Assembly: GCA_964557505.1 (NCBI GenBank)
Contig: CAZLBS010000002.1
Location: 1-24,422, forward strand
Length of the DNA: 24,422 bases
Origin: an uncultured Nitrospiraceae bacterium
GTDB taxonomy: Bacteria > Hydrogenedentota > Hydrogenedentia > Hydrogenedentales > CAZLBS01
Direction: 5' to 3'
In this document: in pieces, positions 8,818 through 16,924 of the stretch
Layout of the letters: every line of letters begins with the position of its first letter
How positions within the stretch are numbered: position 1 is the stretch's first letter
The notes under the pieces: model-generated
The model's database searches: none
The model's input: only the letters and a program-made list of their open reading frames with translations
What the model was told of the DNA's origin: nothing
Made by a program: the position numbers and the translations under genes

Positions 8818-9765
8818 ATGAAGAAGTGGGCCGCACGAATCGCCGGGGCCGTTGGCGCAACCGCTCTCATGCTCGCCGTCACCTTCGTGGCAGGTTGCTT
8901 GAGCATTCGGGTTCCTCTCGAACAGCGCGCGCTCGCCGCCGGCGACGTCGAGAGCACGTATGGCGTCTTTCTGCCAAGCACCTACAACGGCGAAGAGCCC
9001 ATGCCCCTCGTCATCGCCTTGCACCGCTTCACGGGCTCCGGGCAGACCATGGCCTACACGTCCGAATTCAACGAAGCCGCCGAACGCGAAGGCTTCATCG
9101 CCGCTTATCCCGATGGCATCGGACGCCGCTGGAACACAGAACCCGGAGGCAGCCCCGACGACATTGCCTTCATCCTTGCCATGCTCGATGCCCTCGAGCA
9201 GGAATTCGCGATTGACAGCACGCGCGTCTACTTGACGGGCGCCTCGAATGGCGGCTTCATGTCCTACCTCATGGCCTGCGAGGCAGGGGATCGCTTCGCC
9301 GCCTTCGCTCCCGTCATGGCCACCATGCCCAAAGCCATCGCGGACAACTGCTCCCGAGAAAAGCCCATGCCCGTCGTCTTCTTGCATGGCACCGAGGACC
9401 CGGTGGTTCCCTACGATGGCTTCGAACTGCAAGGCGGCCCAAGCGAAACGCGCAGCGTCTTGCCCATTCCTGACGCCGCCGCCTTTTGGGCGGAGATCAA
9501 TGGTTGCGCCGAGGAACCTGTCGAAGAACTCACGCTCGACGCCGACATCGACGATGGGGCCGTCACCACGCTCGTGCGCTATCTCGATTGCGAAAACGGC
9601 GCGGAGGTCCTCATTTACCGAATCGAGGGCGGCGGCCATACCTGGCCAGGCGGCAGAGAAATCTGGCCCTCATTCATCGTTGGCGGCCAAACCCAGGATT
9701 ACGACGGCGCTACCCAAATCTGGCGCTTCTTCGAGCAACACCAACTGCACGAGGCAGAAGAATAG
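8818..9765 (+). CDS. PHB depolymerase-like (LpqC-type) alpha/beta-hydrolase esterase, probable lipoprotein
   Basis: Nucleophile elbow GASNGG, HGTED and GGGHTWPGG give a Ser-Asp-His triad. Lipobox-like VAGC; SD GGAG. Confidence 0.88.
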   Translation: MKKWAARIAGAVGATALMLAVTFVAGCLSIRVPLEQRALAAGDVESTYGVFLPSTYNGEEPMPLVIALHRFTGSGQTMAYTSEFNEAAEREGFIAAYPDGIGRRWNTEPGGSPDDIAFILAMLDALEQEFAIDSTRVYLTGASNGGFMSYLMACEAGDRFAAFAPVMATMPKAIADNCSREKPMPVVFLHGTEDPVVPYDGFELQGGPSETRSVLPIPDAAAFWAEINGCAEEPVEELTLDADIDDGAVTTLVRYLDCENGAEVLIYRIEGGGHTWPGGREIWPSFIVGGQTQDYDGATQIWRFFEQHQLHEAEE

Positions 9766-9776
9766 AAAGAGTCCGC

Positions 9777-10601
9777 ATGCAAGGCTGCCGGATTGGCGCC
9801 GCCCTGCTGCTCGCAGCAGCGCTTCATGTGCTCACGCTCCCAGCGCGGGCAGGAGAGGATCATTTCAGCAAGACGTTCCCCTTGAAGGATGCCACGCTGT
9901 CTGCGCCGCTATTTCCGTTTACCCTCGCTGGACAGCCCAGCGATAGCCTCGAGCCCGTCAATTCCACCCGCAGCACCACAAGCATGGGGGCTAACCTCAT
10001 AGAAACCGAGCAGAAACATTTTCAACTGCCGGCCTATGGGACCGTGCTGACGACAGAAGCGCAGTATGCAAGCGAGCCGTCAACGCACGCGTTCAGCGTC
10101 AGCTTCAATAGCAGAGCATCGGCCCCCGTTCAGGTTGAACTCGAAAAGCAGCGCTGGCAAGCCCTGCGGATCGCCGGTGAGAACAGCAACATTCGGCGGG
10201 CATATCTGCTGTCGCCAACGCCGCCTGGCAGCAGTCAGCCACAAGAAATGACGGCGCAAGAAGCCGCTTGGACGCAGGCCGCCGGGAGTCAAATCGCCTT
10301 GGCCGTCATGCTCGGCGAAGAGGGCCGGGAACCGTTCACCATCGCCGCATGTTTCGCCATGCCCGGCAGCTTTCTCAGCCCGGCGCTGCAAATGCGTTGG
10401 GTGCGTACTGACGCGTCCATATGCGTCCAATTCCGGCATAAGGCCGGCGTCTGGGAACTCCGCCCTAACCGCACCGAAACATTCCAGTGGCACGCCCGTA
10501 CCAAGCACGGGCATGACCTCGCATGGGCTGAGGCCGTCTGCCGCCGGTTCGCGGAAACGATTCCGAATGAGTGGGACCGCCACGAAAACGCCGATGATTG
10601 A
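9777..10601 (+). CDS. Secreted hypothetical protein, beta-rich
   Basis: ATG 9777, 11 nt after the esterase stop; signal peptide MQGCRIGAALLLAAALHVLTLPARA. No family recognised. Confidence 0.6.
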   Translation: MQGCRIGAALLLAAALHVLTLPARAGEDHFSKTFPLKDATLSAPLFPFTLAGQPSDSLEPVNSTRSTTSMGANLIETEQKHFQLPAYGTVLTTEAQYASEPSTHAFSVSFNSRASAPVQVELEKQRWQALRIAGENSNIRRAYLLSPTPPGSSQPQEMTAQEAAWTQAAGSQIALAVMLGEEGREPFTIAACFAMPGSFLSPALQMRWVRTDASICVQFRHKAGVWELRPNRTETFQWHARTKHGHDLAWAEAVCRRFAETIPNEWDRHENADD

Positions 10602-10661
10602 CCCCGCGCGGCGCCGTATGCATGCTGAGGGATTGTGCGGCATACGCTGAGCCCGCAACCG

Positions 10662-10670
10662 TGCTATCAT
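10662..10670 (+). promoter_or_regulatory. Extended -10 promoter (TGcTATCAT) for the MBL hydrolase
   Basis: TG-n-TATCAT about 30 nt upstream of TTG 10700, followed by SD GGAGGA at 10685-10690. Confidence 0.55.
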
Positions 10671-10699
10671 CGCCCCGGCCATCCGGAGGATTACGACGC

Positions 10700-11536
10700 T
10701 TGGAAAGCAACGGCTCCAAAACACCCGAAAACTACATCCAGTTTCTAGGTACCGCCGGCGCCCGTTTCGCCATGGCAACCCAAGTCCGCTCGACAGCGGG
10801 CACATTCCTGCGGCTGAATGGCAAAAACGTGCTGCTCGATTGCGGTCCGGGCACCCTCGTCAAATGCGCGCACGCCAAGCCGGCTGTCGACGTGTTTGCC
10901 CTCGATGCCATCATCTTGACGCACAGTCACATGGACCACAGCAGCGACGTCAACTGCCTCATTGATGCCATGACGGCCGGCGGCATCTGGCGCCGCGGAT
11001 GGCTCTTCACCCCGCGCGAATGCCTCGACGGCGAGCACCGCGTCGTCGTCAACTATTCGCGCCCCTTCCTCGAGGGCATCGAACCGCTCGAACCCAACCG
11101 CCGCTACGAATTGGACAAGCTGCAATTCGAAAGCTCCATGCCCCACGACCACGGCGTCGAAACGTACGGCGTGCGCTTCAACGTAGCGGGCAAGAAACTC
11201 TCGTTTCTTATCGACACGCGCTTCATGCCCGGACTCATTGATGATTACAAAGACAGCGATTGGCTCGTCGTCAATGTCGTCCGCCGCGATGTCCATGACT
11301 CGCCGAGGGCCAAGCACCTCTGCATCGAAGAGGTTCGGGAAATCGTCGACGCCATCAGGCCCCAAAAAACCATTCTGACCCACTTCGGCATGCGCCTGCT
11401 CGAGAGCGGTCCCGAACGCCACGCCGCCGAAATGGCCGACGCCCTCGGCCTAAATGTCATCGCCGCCGAAGACGGCATGGTCGTGCCCTTGCCCGCCGCG
11501 GCAACGCTGGAACAACCCCGCAAACTCGCGGGTTAA
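10700..11536 (+). CDS. Metallo-beta-lactamase-fold hydrolase (RNase Z/PhnP-like phosphodiesterase group)
   Basis: FLGTAG, LLDCGPG, THSHMDH, HDHG, DTR, KHL and THFG motifs. The in-frame TTG at 10700 has a strong SD 9 nt upstream, so it is preferred over 10598. Confidence 0.88.
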   Translation: MESNGSKTPENYIQFLGTAGARFAMATQVRSTAGTFLRLNGKNVLLDCGPGTLVKCAHAKPAVDVFALDAIILTHSHMDHSSDVNCLIDAMTAGGIWRRGWLFTPRECLDGEHRVVVNYSRPFLEGIEPLEPNRRYELDKLQFESSMPHDHGVETYGVRFNVAGKKLSFLIDTRFMPGLIDDYKDSDWLVVNVVRRDVHDSPRAKHLCIEEVREIVDAIRPQKTILTHFGMRLLESGPERHAAEMADALGLNVIAAEDGMVVPLPAAATLEQPRKLAG

Positions 11537-11588
11537 CCCTCCCAGAACACACGGCCACATTATCCAACCGCAAGCGGCGCCCCTCGCA

Positions 11589-12431
11589 ATGCTCGATTTT
11601 CTGCCTCAGGTCAGCGAAGCCACCATCCGAATGGTGATCTTCTTCGGCGTCTTTACCCTGCTCGCTGGACTTGAATTGCTCGCACCGCGCCGAAAGGCCA
11701 CAGCGCCAAAGGGCTGGCGTTGGCTCGGCAACTGGGGCTTGGTCATCCTCGACACCGCACTCCTCCGCATGGTCTTCCCCATGGCAGCCGTCGGCATGGC
11801 CGCATACACCGACGCCAATAACTGGGGCCTTCTCAATGCATTCGAACTGCCCTATGCCCTGCAATTCGCTATCGCGCTGCTCGTACTCGACTTCGCCATC
11901 TGGCTGCAACACGTGATCTTCCATGCCGTCCCCTTGCTCTGGCGCTTCCACATGGTCCATCACGCCGACCTCGACCTCGACGTTTCCTCAGGATTCCGCT
12001 TTCATCCGGGCGAAATCCTGCTGAGCATGGGCTATAAGTTTGCCGTCATCGCCGCCCTGGGGCCGCCTGCCGCCGCTGTCCTCGTATTCGAAGTCGTGCT
12101 CAATGCCATGGCCATGTTCAACCACAGCAATTTAAATCTCCCCCAGCCCCTCGACCGCATTCTGCGCATGCTTGTCGTTACGCCCGATATGCACCGCGTA
12201 CACCATTCCATCGATGCGCGCGAGACCAACAGCAACTTCGGATTCAATCTCTCCTGGTGGGACAGGCTCTTCGGCACGTATGTGCCCCAACCCAAGCTTG
12301 GCCACGATGGCATGACGCTCGGACTCGAACAGCACCAAGCGCCCAAAAAACAGACCCTCTGGTCGTTGTTGATCATGCCGATTGCCGGAAAGCTCGGCGC
12401 ATACCCGATCAACCGCCGCTCCTTCGACTGA
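11589..12431 (+). CDS. Sterol desaturase / fatty acid hydroxylase family membrane di-iron enzyme
   Basis: His boxes QHVIFH, FHMVHH, FRFH, FNH and MHRVHH, then SNFGFNLSWWDRLFGT; several TM segments. Start ATG 11589 (MLDFLPQ). Confidence 0.93.
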   Translation: MLDFLPQVSEATIRMVIFFGVFTLLAGLELLAPRRKATAPKGWRWLGNWGLVILDTALLRMVFPMAAVGMAAYTDANNWGLLNAFELPYALQFAIALLVLDFAIWLQHVIFHAVPLLWRFHMVHHADLDLDVSSGFRFHPGEILLSMGYKFAVIAALGPPAAAVLVFEVVLNAMAMFNHSNLNLPQPLDRILRMLVVTPDMHRVHHSIDARETNSNFGFNLSWWDRLFGTYVPQPKLGHDGMTLGLEQHQAPKKQTLWSLLIMPIAGKLGAYPINRRSFD

Positions 12432-12482
12432 CCCAGCGCACCTAACATGCTCTCGCAAAACAGGTTAAGTCATCCTCACAAG

Positions 12483-12512
12483 TTGTCTTTTGCCCGCTCC
12501 ATATGCTAGCTT
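12483..12512 (+). promoter_or_regulatory. Putative sigma70 promoter (TTGTCT-18-TAGCTT with extended TG)
   Basis: TTGTCT at 12483-12488, TG at 12504-12505, TAGCTT at 12507-12512, within a lower-GC intergenic region. Confidence 0.4.
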
Positions 12513-12752
12513 GTTGCTGTATCGAGGATTTGCTTGTCCGGCGGGATTTGCGGACTTTCCAGCCATGAAATGAATGGGTATGCGTTTATGTTGCGAATCA
12601 ACAGAACGGGAAGTTGATCGCAGTCGTGAATCCGTTGAGTGGCAAAGCATGTTGCATTACAAGTTTCCGCTAGGTGGGAATGTCATGCTGCGGAATGCTG
12701 TACGAGCAAATATCAAATGCATGGACTGGAAAGCCGGAAGGATAGCGTTGCT

Positions 12753-13511
12753 GTGAATACCAAGAACAACTGGCGCGAGATTTACGAAAGCTCCAATCCG
12801 CTCAAATTGCCGAAGGCAATCAGGCGGCAATTGCGCCCAGGCGTTGCCCCTCAGATACCCGAGGGCGTGAAGCACCTCTGGATCGTCATCTCCCGCGAAG
12901 GCGTGCAACTGGGCAAGCAGTTTGCCGAAGGCGGGGCCATGAACGAAGAAGCGTGGCTCAACCTGATTGATGAAGCTGCCGGCATTGGCGTCAACAGCAT
13001 TGTCGTGAGCGTTGGCACAGAACTCTCCTCGCGCCCGGAAGTGTGGGCAATCTGTCAGTGGGCCCAAGAAACCTACGACATGCTCGTCGGTTTGCATCTC
13101 ACCGTCCCCAACGTCACCCCCGCCGACGAAGAGCACCTCCGCAAGCTCAAGCCAGAAAACACCTTCGTCTTCGCGCATTCCTCCGTTGCCGGCAATTTCC
13201 GTCATCTACAGAACGTCGGCATTCGAGTATTCGAAGCAGATGGGCTTGAAGATGGCGCCGAACAAGGCCTTTGCACCTTGCCCGGCGAGATGGTTTGCGT
13301 CGGCGGCGAAGGCACCATGTACACCTGCGGGCTTGTCGTAGAAGAAAAAGAATTCGAAATGGGCGATGTACGCGGCGACCGCGTCGACAAAGCCCTGGCC
13401 GACGAGAACTTGCCGCACCGGGTACCCGCCGGACACTCCAATGCGACGCATCGCTGCGACGGCTGTCCGCCTCTCCTCGAGCGCCGCATGCGCCGCGCCG
13501 CTGGACGGTAA
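12753..13511 (+). CDS. Degenerate radical SAM-like protein lacking CxxxCxxC, with a SPASM/Twitch-like Cys-rich C-terminus
   Basis: HLWIVIS...MNEEAWLNLIDEAAGIGVNSIVVSVGTELSSRPEVWAICQWA resembles the rSAM core. The C-terminus has C-x12-G-x4-C, EFEMGDV and CDGC. Start GTG 12753 with SD AAGGA; ATG 12720 is an alternative. Confidence 0.65.
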   Translation: MNTKNNWREIYESSNPLKLPKAIRRQLRPGVAPQIPEGVKHLWIVISREGVQLGKQFAEGGAMNEEAWLNLIDEAAGIGVNSIVVSVGTELSSRPEVWAICQWAQETYDMLVGLHLTVPNVTPADEEHLRKLKPENTFVFAHSSVAGNFRHLQNVGIRVFEADGLEDGAEQGLCTLPGEMVCVGGEGTMYTCGLVVEEKEFEMGDVRGDRVDKALADENLPHRVPAGHSNATHRCDGCPPLLERRMRRAAGR

Positions 13512-13558
13512 CGTCCACAACTACTCCCCAGCACCTGCGCCGTCCGCCGCCGGGCTTC

Positions 13559-13587
13559 GTGACATTGCCGGCGGCATCCGCTACACT
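13559..13587 (+). promoter_or_regulatory. Putative sigma70 promoter (GTGACA-17-TACACT) for the MBL-rsmE pair
   Basis: -35 at 13559-13564, 17-nt spacer, -10 at 13582-13587. Confidence 0.55.
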
Positions 13588-13684
13588 CGGGCGAGTCAGC
13601 CGCTTTTTCCGTTGGGGTCCGTGTGATGATTTGCCTCGCACGATCGGAGAGAGCGCCAACGGGGCCGAAGAGAAGAGATAGCGC

Positions 13685-14437
13685 ATGGCGGGTGTGCAAT
13701 TCCATTGGATTGGTTCAGGATCGGGGCTCAATCCCATTCTGGGCAATACGAGCTTTCGCGTTCTCACCGAAGGCGGTCCGGCCCTTGTAGTCGATTGCGG
13801 CTTTACCGTCGGTCTCAAGCTCATCGAACATGGACTCATCGATGGCGCCAACGACATCCTCGTGACCCATTGCCATGCCGACCACATAGGCGGGCTTGAA
13901 ACGCTCGCGCTGTACCACTACTTCGTGCGCCGCAACCGGGGAAGCGCCCGCCCCCGTCTCTACGTCGCCACCGATGACTTTGCACACAACCTCTGGCAGC
14001 ATTCGCTTCGTGGCGGCATGGACATCATCATCGACGAAGACGGCGCCGTGCGAGAAGGACGGCTCACCGATTACTTTGACGTGCGCACGGGACGCGTCGT
14101 CCAAATAGACGGCCTTCCAGCTGCCGAATTCGTGCCTACCCGCCACGTCGCCGCCATGGAGAATTACGCCGTACGCTTCGGCAACGGCGTCTACTACTCC
14201 GGCGACACCGTGGAGCTTCCCCCGCATGACGCCGTCGCCATCTTTCAAGATTGCCAGTTCTTCGACGGCGGCCCGTCTGAAGTCCACATATCCTACGAGC
14301 GGCTCGCACGGGAACTCCCGCCCGGCGTGAAGGCGCGCACCTATCTGGTCCATCTCGGCATGGGCTACGCCGATCGAGACCCGCAGGCCGATGGCTTCAA
14401 AGGCTTCGTGTTGCCTGGCGACACCTTTACCTTTTAG
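13685..14437 (+). CDS. Metallo-beta-lactamase-fold hydrolase (RNase Z/cyclic-nucleotide phosphodiesterase-like)
   Basis: IGSGSG, VVDCG, THCHADHIGG, TRHV, YYSGDT, EVH and LVHL motifs. Confidence 0.88.
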   Translation: MAGVQFHWIGSGSGLNPILGNTSFRVLTEGGPALVVDCGFTVGLKLIEHGLIDGANDILVTHCHADHIGGLETLALYHYFVRRNRGSARPRLYVATDDFAHNLWQHSLRGGMDIIIDEDGAVREGRLTDYFDVRTGRVVQIDGLPAAEFVPTRHVAAMENYAVRFGNGVYYSGDTVELPPHDAVAIFQDCQFFDGGPSEVHISYERLARELPPGVKARTYLVHLGMGYADRDPQADGFKGFVLPGDTFTF

Positions 14438-14448
14438 CCCGTCTTGCA

Positions 14449-15168
14449 ATGCCCCATCGATTTCGCTTTTACGCAGCACCGAATCACTTCATGAATGCCA
14501 ATGAAGTGACATTGCAGGGTCAAGAAGCGCATCACGCCCTGCATGTTGTCCGGCTCCAGCAGGGGCAGGCCGTTGAACTGTTCAACGGACAAGGCGCTGC
14601 CTGGGAGGCCCTTGTTCGCCACACCTCGCGAAAGGAAGTCATCCTCGACTTGCAGCGGCAATGCGCCCATCCCGAATCCGGTCTGCCGCTCGTGCTCGCG
14701 CCGGCATGGATTCAACGTGACAAAGCCCTCGAAGAACTTATCCGGCGCGGAACCGAACTGGGCGTCGCAGAGTTTCGCTTCTTCGAGGCCGGTCGCTCGG
14801 GACGCCCTCCCAAACTGAACGATAAGATGCGTCAGTGGGCCATCGACTCCTGCAAACAATGCGGCCGAAACGACCTCCCCCGCTTTGAGAGCGCCGCTTG
14901 CATGCGGTCCATATGCGAAGATCATGCAGGCACGCTCCTTATCGCCACGCCCTCGCCAAGCGCAATGCCGCTTCGAGAAGCCGCCCTAAAGACGCCGGTC
15001 TGCTGCATCATCGGGCCGGAAGGAGATTTCACTGAGGACGAAGTGCAGGCCGCGCTGGACCATGGCGCCGTCCCGGTGAGTCTCGGTCCCTTGACGTACC
15101 GCGCCGAAGTCGCCGCAATCATCATGGCAACCCTCATTCAATACGAACGGGGAGAACTCGGACCGTAA
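14449..15168 (+). CDS. rsmE: 16S rRNA m3U1498 methyltransferase RsmE (SPOUT)
   Basis: HHALHVVRL, LFNGQG, ELGV, SCKQCGR, IIGPEGDF and SLGPLTYRAEVAA are RsmE hallmarks. Confidence 0.93.
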   Translation: MPHRFRFYAAPNHFMNANEVTLQGQEAHHALHVVRLQQGQAVELFNGQGAAWEALVRHTSRKEVILDLQRQCAHPESGLPLVLAPAWIQRDKALEELIRRGTELGVAEFRFFEAGRSGRPPKLNDKMRQWAIDSCKQCGRNDLPRFESAACMRSICEDHAGTLLIATPSPSAMPLREAALKTPVCCIIGPEGDFTEDEVQAALDHGAVPVSLGPLTYRAEVAAIIMATLIQYERGELGP

Positions 15169-15228
15169 GCCTTTTCGTATTGCCCCGCGCTGCTTAGGGC
15201 CCGAAAAAGTGCATTCAAAACCGCGACG

Positions 15229-15257
15229 TTGTTTCGCCGCGCCCCGCTGGCTACGAT
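15229..15257 (+). promoter_or_regulatory. Putative sigma70 promoter (TTGTTT-17-TACGAT) placing the TSS at the ruvB ATG
   Basis: -35 at 15229-15234, -10 at 15252-15257, then 6 nt to ATG 15264; no SD. Confidence 0.5.
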
Positions 15258-15263
15258 GAGACC

Positions 15264-16286
15264 ATGAGTAGAAACGAAGTTTACGATCCATCTCCGCGGC
15301 CTGAAGAAGCACTGCAAGACGAACAGCTTCGCCCACAACGCCTGGATGAATTTCCGGGACAGGAAGCAATCAAGGAGAAGCTGCGCATCGCTATCGAGGC
15401 ATCTCGTCAGCGCGGCGAGCCGCTCGACCATATCCTGCTCTGCGGCCCCCCCGGCCTCGGCAAGACCACCCTCGCGCGCATTCTCGCCAATGAGATGGGC
15501 GTGGATTTCAAAAGCACCAGCGGCCCCGTCATCGAGCGGCAGGCCGACTTATCTGCCATGCTCACCAGTCTCGAAGAGCACGACGTCCTGTTTATCGATG
15601 AAATCCACCGGCTCAATCACGCGGTCGAAGAGACCCTCTACTCGGCAATGGAAGACTTCGAGGTCGACATCATGCTCGGCAAAGGCCCCACCGCGCGGTC
15701 CATGAAGATTGGGCTGAAGCCCTTTACGCTCATTGGCGCCACGACCCGGGCCGGCCTGCTCACGCCCCCGCTCCGCGCGCGCTTCGGCGATACCTGCCGA
15801 ATGAGCTTCTATTCGCCGCAAGAACTCAGCCGCATCATCCTGCGCACCGCGCGCATTAGCGGCGTGGCCATTGACCCGGACGGCAGCCTCGAAATCGCGG
15901 GACGCTCGCGCGGCACGGCCCGTATCGCCAACCGCCTCTTTCGCCGCTGCCGCGATTACGCGCAGGTGAAGGGCGACGGCGCCATCACCCAGGCCATGGC
16001 CGACAGCGCATTGTCCTTGCTCGGCACCGATGCCTTGGGCCTCGACGACATGGACCGCGCCATCATCACCGCCGTCATCGAGAAGTTCAGTGGCGGCCCC
16101 GTCGGACTGTCTAGCCTCGCCGTCGCCATCGGCGAAGAAGCTGCCACGCTGGAAGAAGTCCACGAGCCCTACCTCATCCAGATCGGCTTCCTCAAGCGCA
16201 CGCCCCAAGGCCGCGTCGCCACGCCATCCGCCTACAAGCACTTTGGCCTCGACAACCAAGCACGGGGGCAGACTTCCTTCGCCTGA
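15264..16286 (+). CDS. ruvB: Holliday junction branch migration helicase RuvB
   Basis: LRPQRLDEF, Walker [10 protein letters not shown], Walker [27 protein letters not shown] and RTPQGR. Confidence 0.98.
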   Translation: MSRNEVYDPSPRPEEALQDEQLRPQRLDEFPGQEAIKEKLRIAIEASRQRGEPLDHILLCGPPGLGKTTLARILANEMGVDFKSTSGPVIERQADLSAMLTSLEEHDVLFIDEIHRLNHAVEETLYSAMEDFEVDIMLGKGPTARSMKIGLKPFTLIGATTRAGLLTPPLRARFGDTCRMSFYSPQELSRIILRTARISGVAIDPDGSLEIAGRSRGTARIANRLFRRCRDYAQVKGDGAITQAMADSALSLLGTDALGLDDMDRAIITAVIEKFSGGPVGLSSLAVAIGEEAATLEEVHEPYLIQIGFLKRTPQGRVATPSAYKHFGLDNQARGQTSFA

Positions 16287-16312
16287 CGAAAACGCCTCCA
16301 CGTCTAGGCCTG

Positions 16313-16340
16313 CTTGACAAACATGATAAGCCTTGACAAA
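16313..16340 (+). repeat. Direct repeat CTTGACAAA x2, period 19 nt, second copy is the promoter -35
   Basis: Exact copies at 16313-16321 and 16332-16340. Confidence 0.6.
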
Positions 16341-16362
16341 AGAGTTTAACGCCAGTTAACAT
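16333..16362 (+). promoter_or_regulatory. sigma70 promoter (TTGACA-18-TAACAT) for the uORF-DUF1559 unit
   Basis: Consensus -35 at 16333-16338, -10 TAACAT at 16357-16362, AT-rich context. Confidence 0.65.
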
Positions 16363-16423
16363 TTCGGCGTTGCCTCCTCATGCCGGTATGCAAAAACGGT
16401 GAAGCGGTGTTCAGGCACGCGTC

Positions 16424-16804
16424 ATGAAGCGGACCATTTCAAACACAAAACGGCAGCGCTCTGCAGGCCCACTCGGGTGGTCCATGATGCTGACCGCGAG
16501 CCTTGCCCTATTGTTCCTCTATGGGTTGGGCGTGTCGCATAAAGCACTGGGCCTCTGCGAGCATTCGTGCCCGCAAACCACACACCATGACGTTCATGAA
16601 CCGGCGCAGCGGGAGCACTCCCAAGGCCCCGATACCTGCGCCCTTTGCATCCTCATTCACACGCCAGGGGTGTTGGCGCAGTCCAACCCTGTTCAAATGG
16701 CGCTTGAACAAATTACTTGCCGGCCAGTTGCCTTAAGCAGCATTGCCGAGAATCGCGTCAATCTCCTCCCGCTAGGGCGCGCCCCGCCTCGAGCCTTGAG
16801 CTAA
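16424..16804 (+). CDS. DUF2946-like (CruR/CutF-type) regulatory upstream ORF with CxxC and a C-terminal RAPP ribosome-arrest motif
   Basis: N-terminal hydrophobic helix (MMLTASLALLFLYGLGVS), His-rich linker CEHSCPQTTHHDVHE...EH, CALC, and C-terminal GRAPPRALS. This layout matches the DUF2946 family. Confidence 0.8.
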   Translation: MKRTISNTKRQRSAGPLGWSMMLTASLALLFLYGLGVSHKALGLCEHSCPQTTHHDVHEPAQREHSQGPDTCALCILIHTPGVLAQSNPVQMALEQITCRPVALSSIAENRVNLLPLGRAPPRALS

Positions 16805-16924
16805 GGCTCTTCACACCTCTCAGACCACGTAACTCATCCTCCGCGCTTCCGTGTGTGTGAAGCGCGCAGTGCGCTCACAGGAACCTGACCGCGCCTGATG
16901 CACAGGCGCATTGGGAGAGATCCG

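Noticed and set aside
8779-9639. N-terminal extension of the 538-aa minus-strand track ORF
   Set aside because: It is antisense to the well-supported esterase. EEP motifs start only after Met 8778, which has its own -10 box.
12574-12756. RiPP precursor for the radical SAM-like protein
   Set aside because: No recognisable leader/core pattern, no transporter or peptidase nearby, and the partner lacks the catalytic cluster motif. Kept only as a possible uORF.
13645-13680. Glycine-riboswitch-like words GGAGAGA...GCCGAAG upstream of the second MBL gene
   Set aside because: The downstream CTCTCAGG element and P3 helix are missing, and the gene context is unrelated to glycine.
8023-14437. EEP plus two MBL hydrolases as an anti-phage nuclease or signalling island
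   Set aside because: They are interspersed with metabolic and housekeeping genes in separate transcription units, coding GC looks uniform, and there are no defence hallmark domains or mobility genes.
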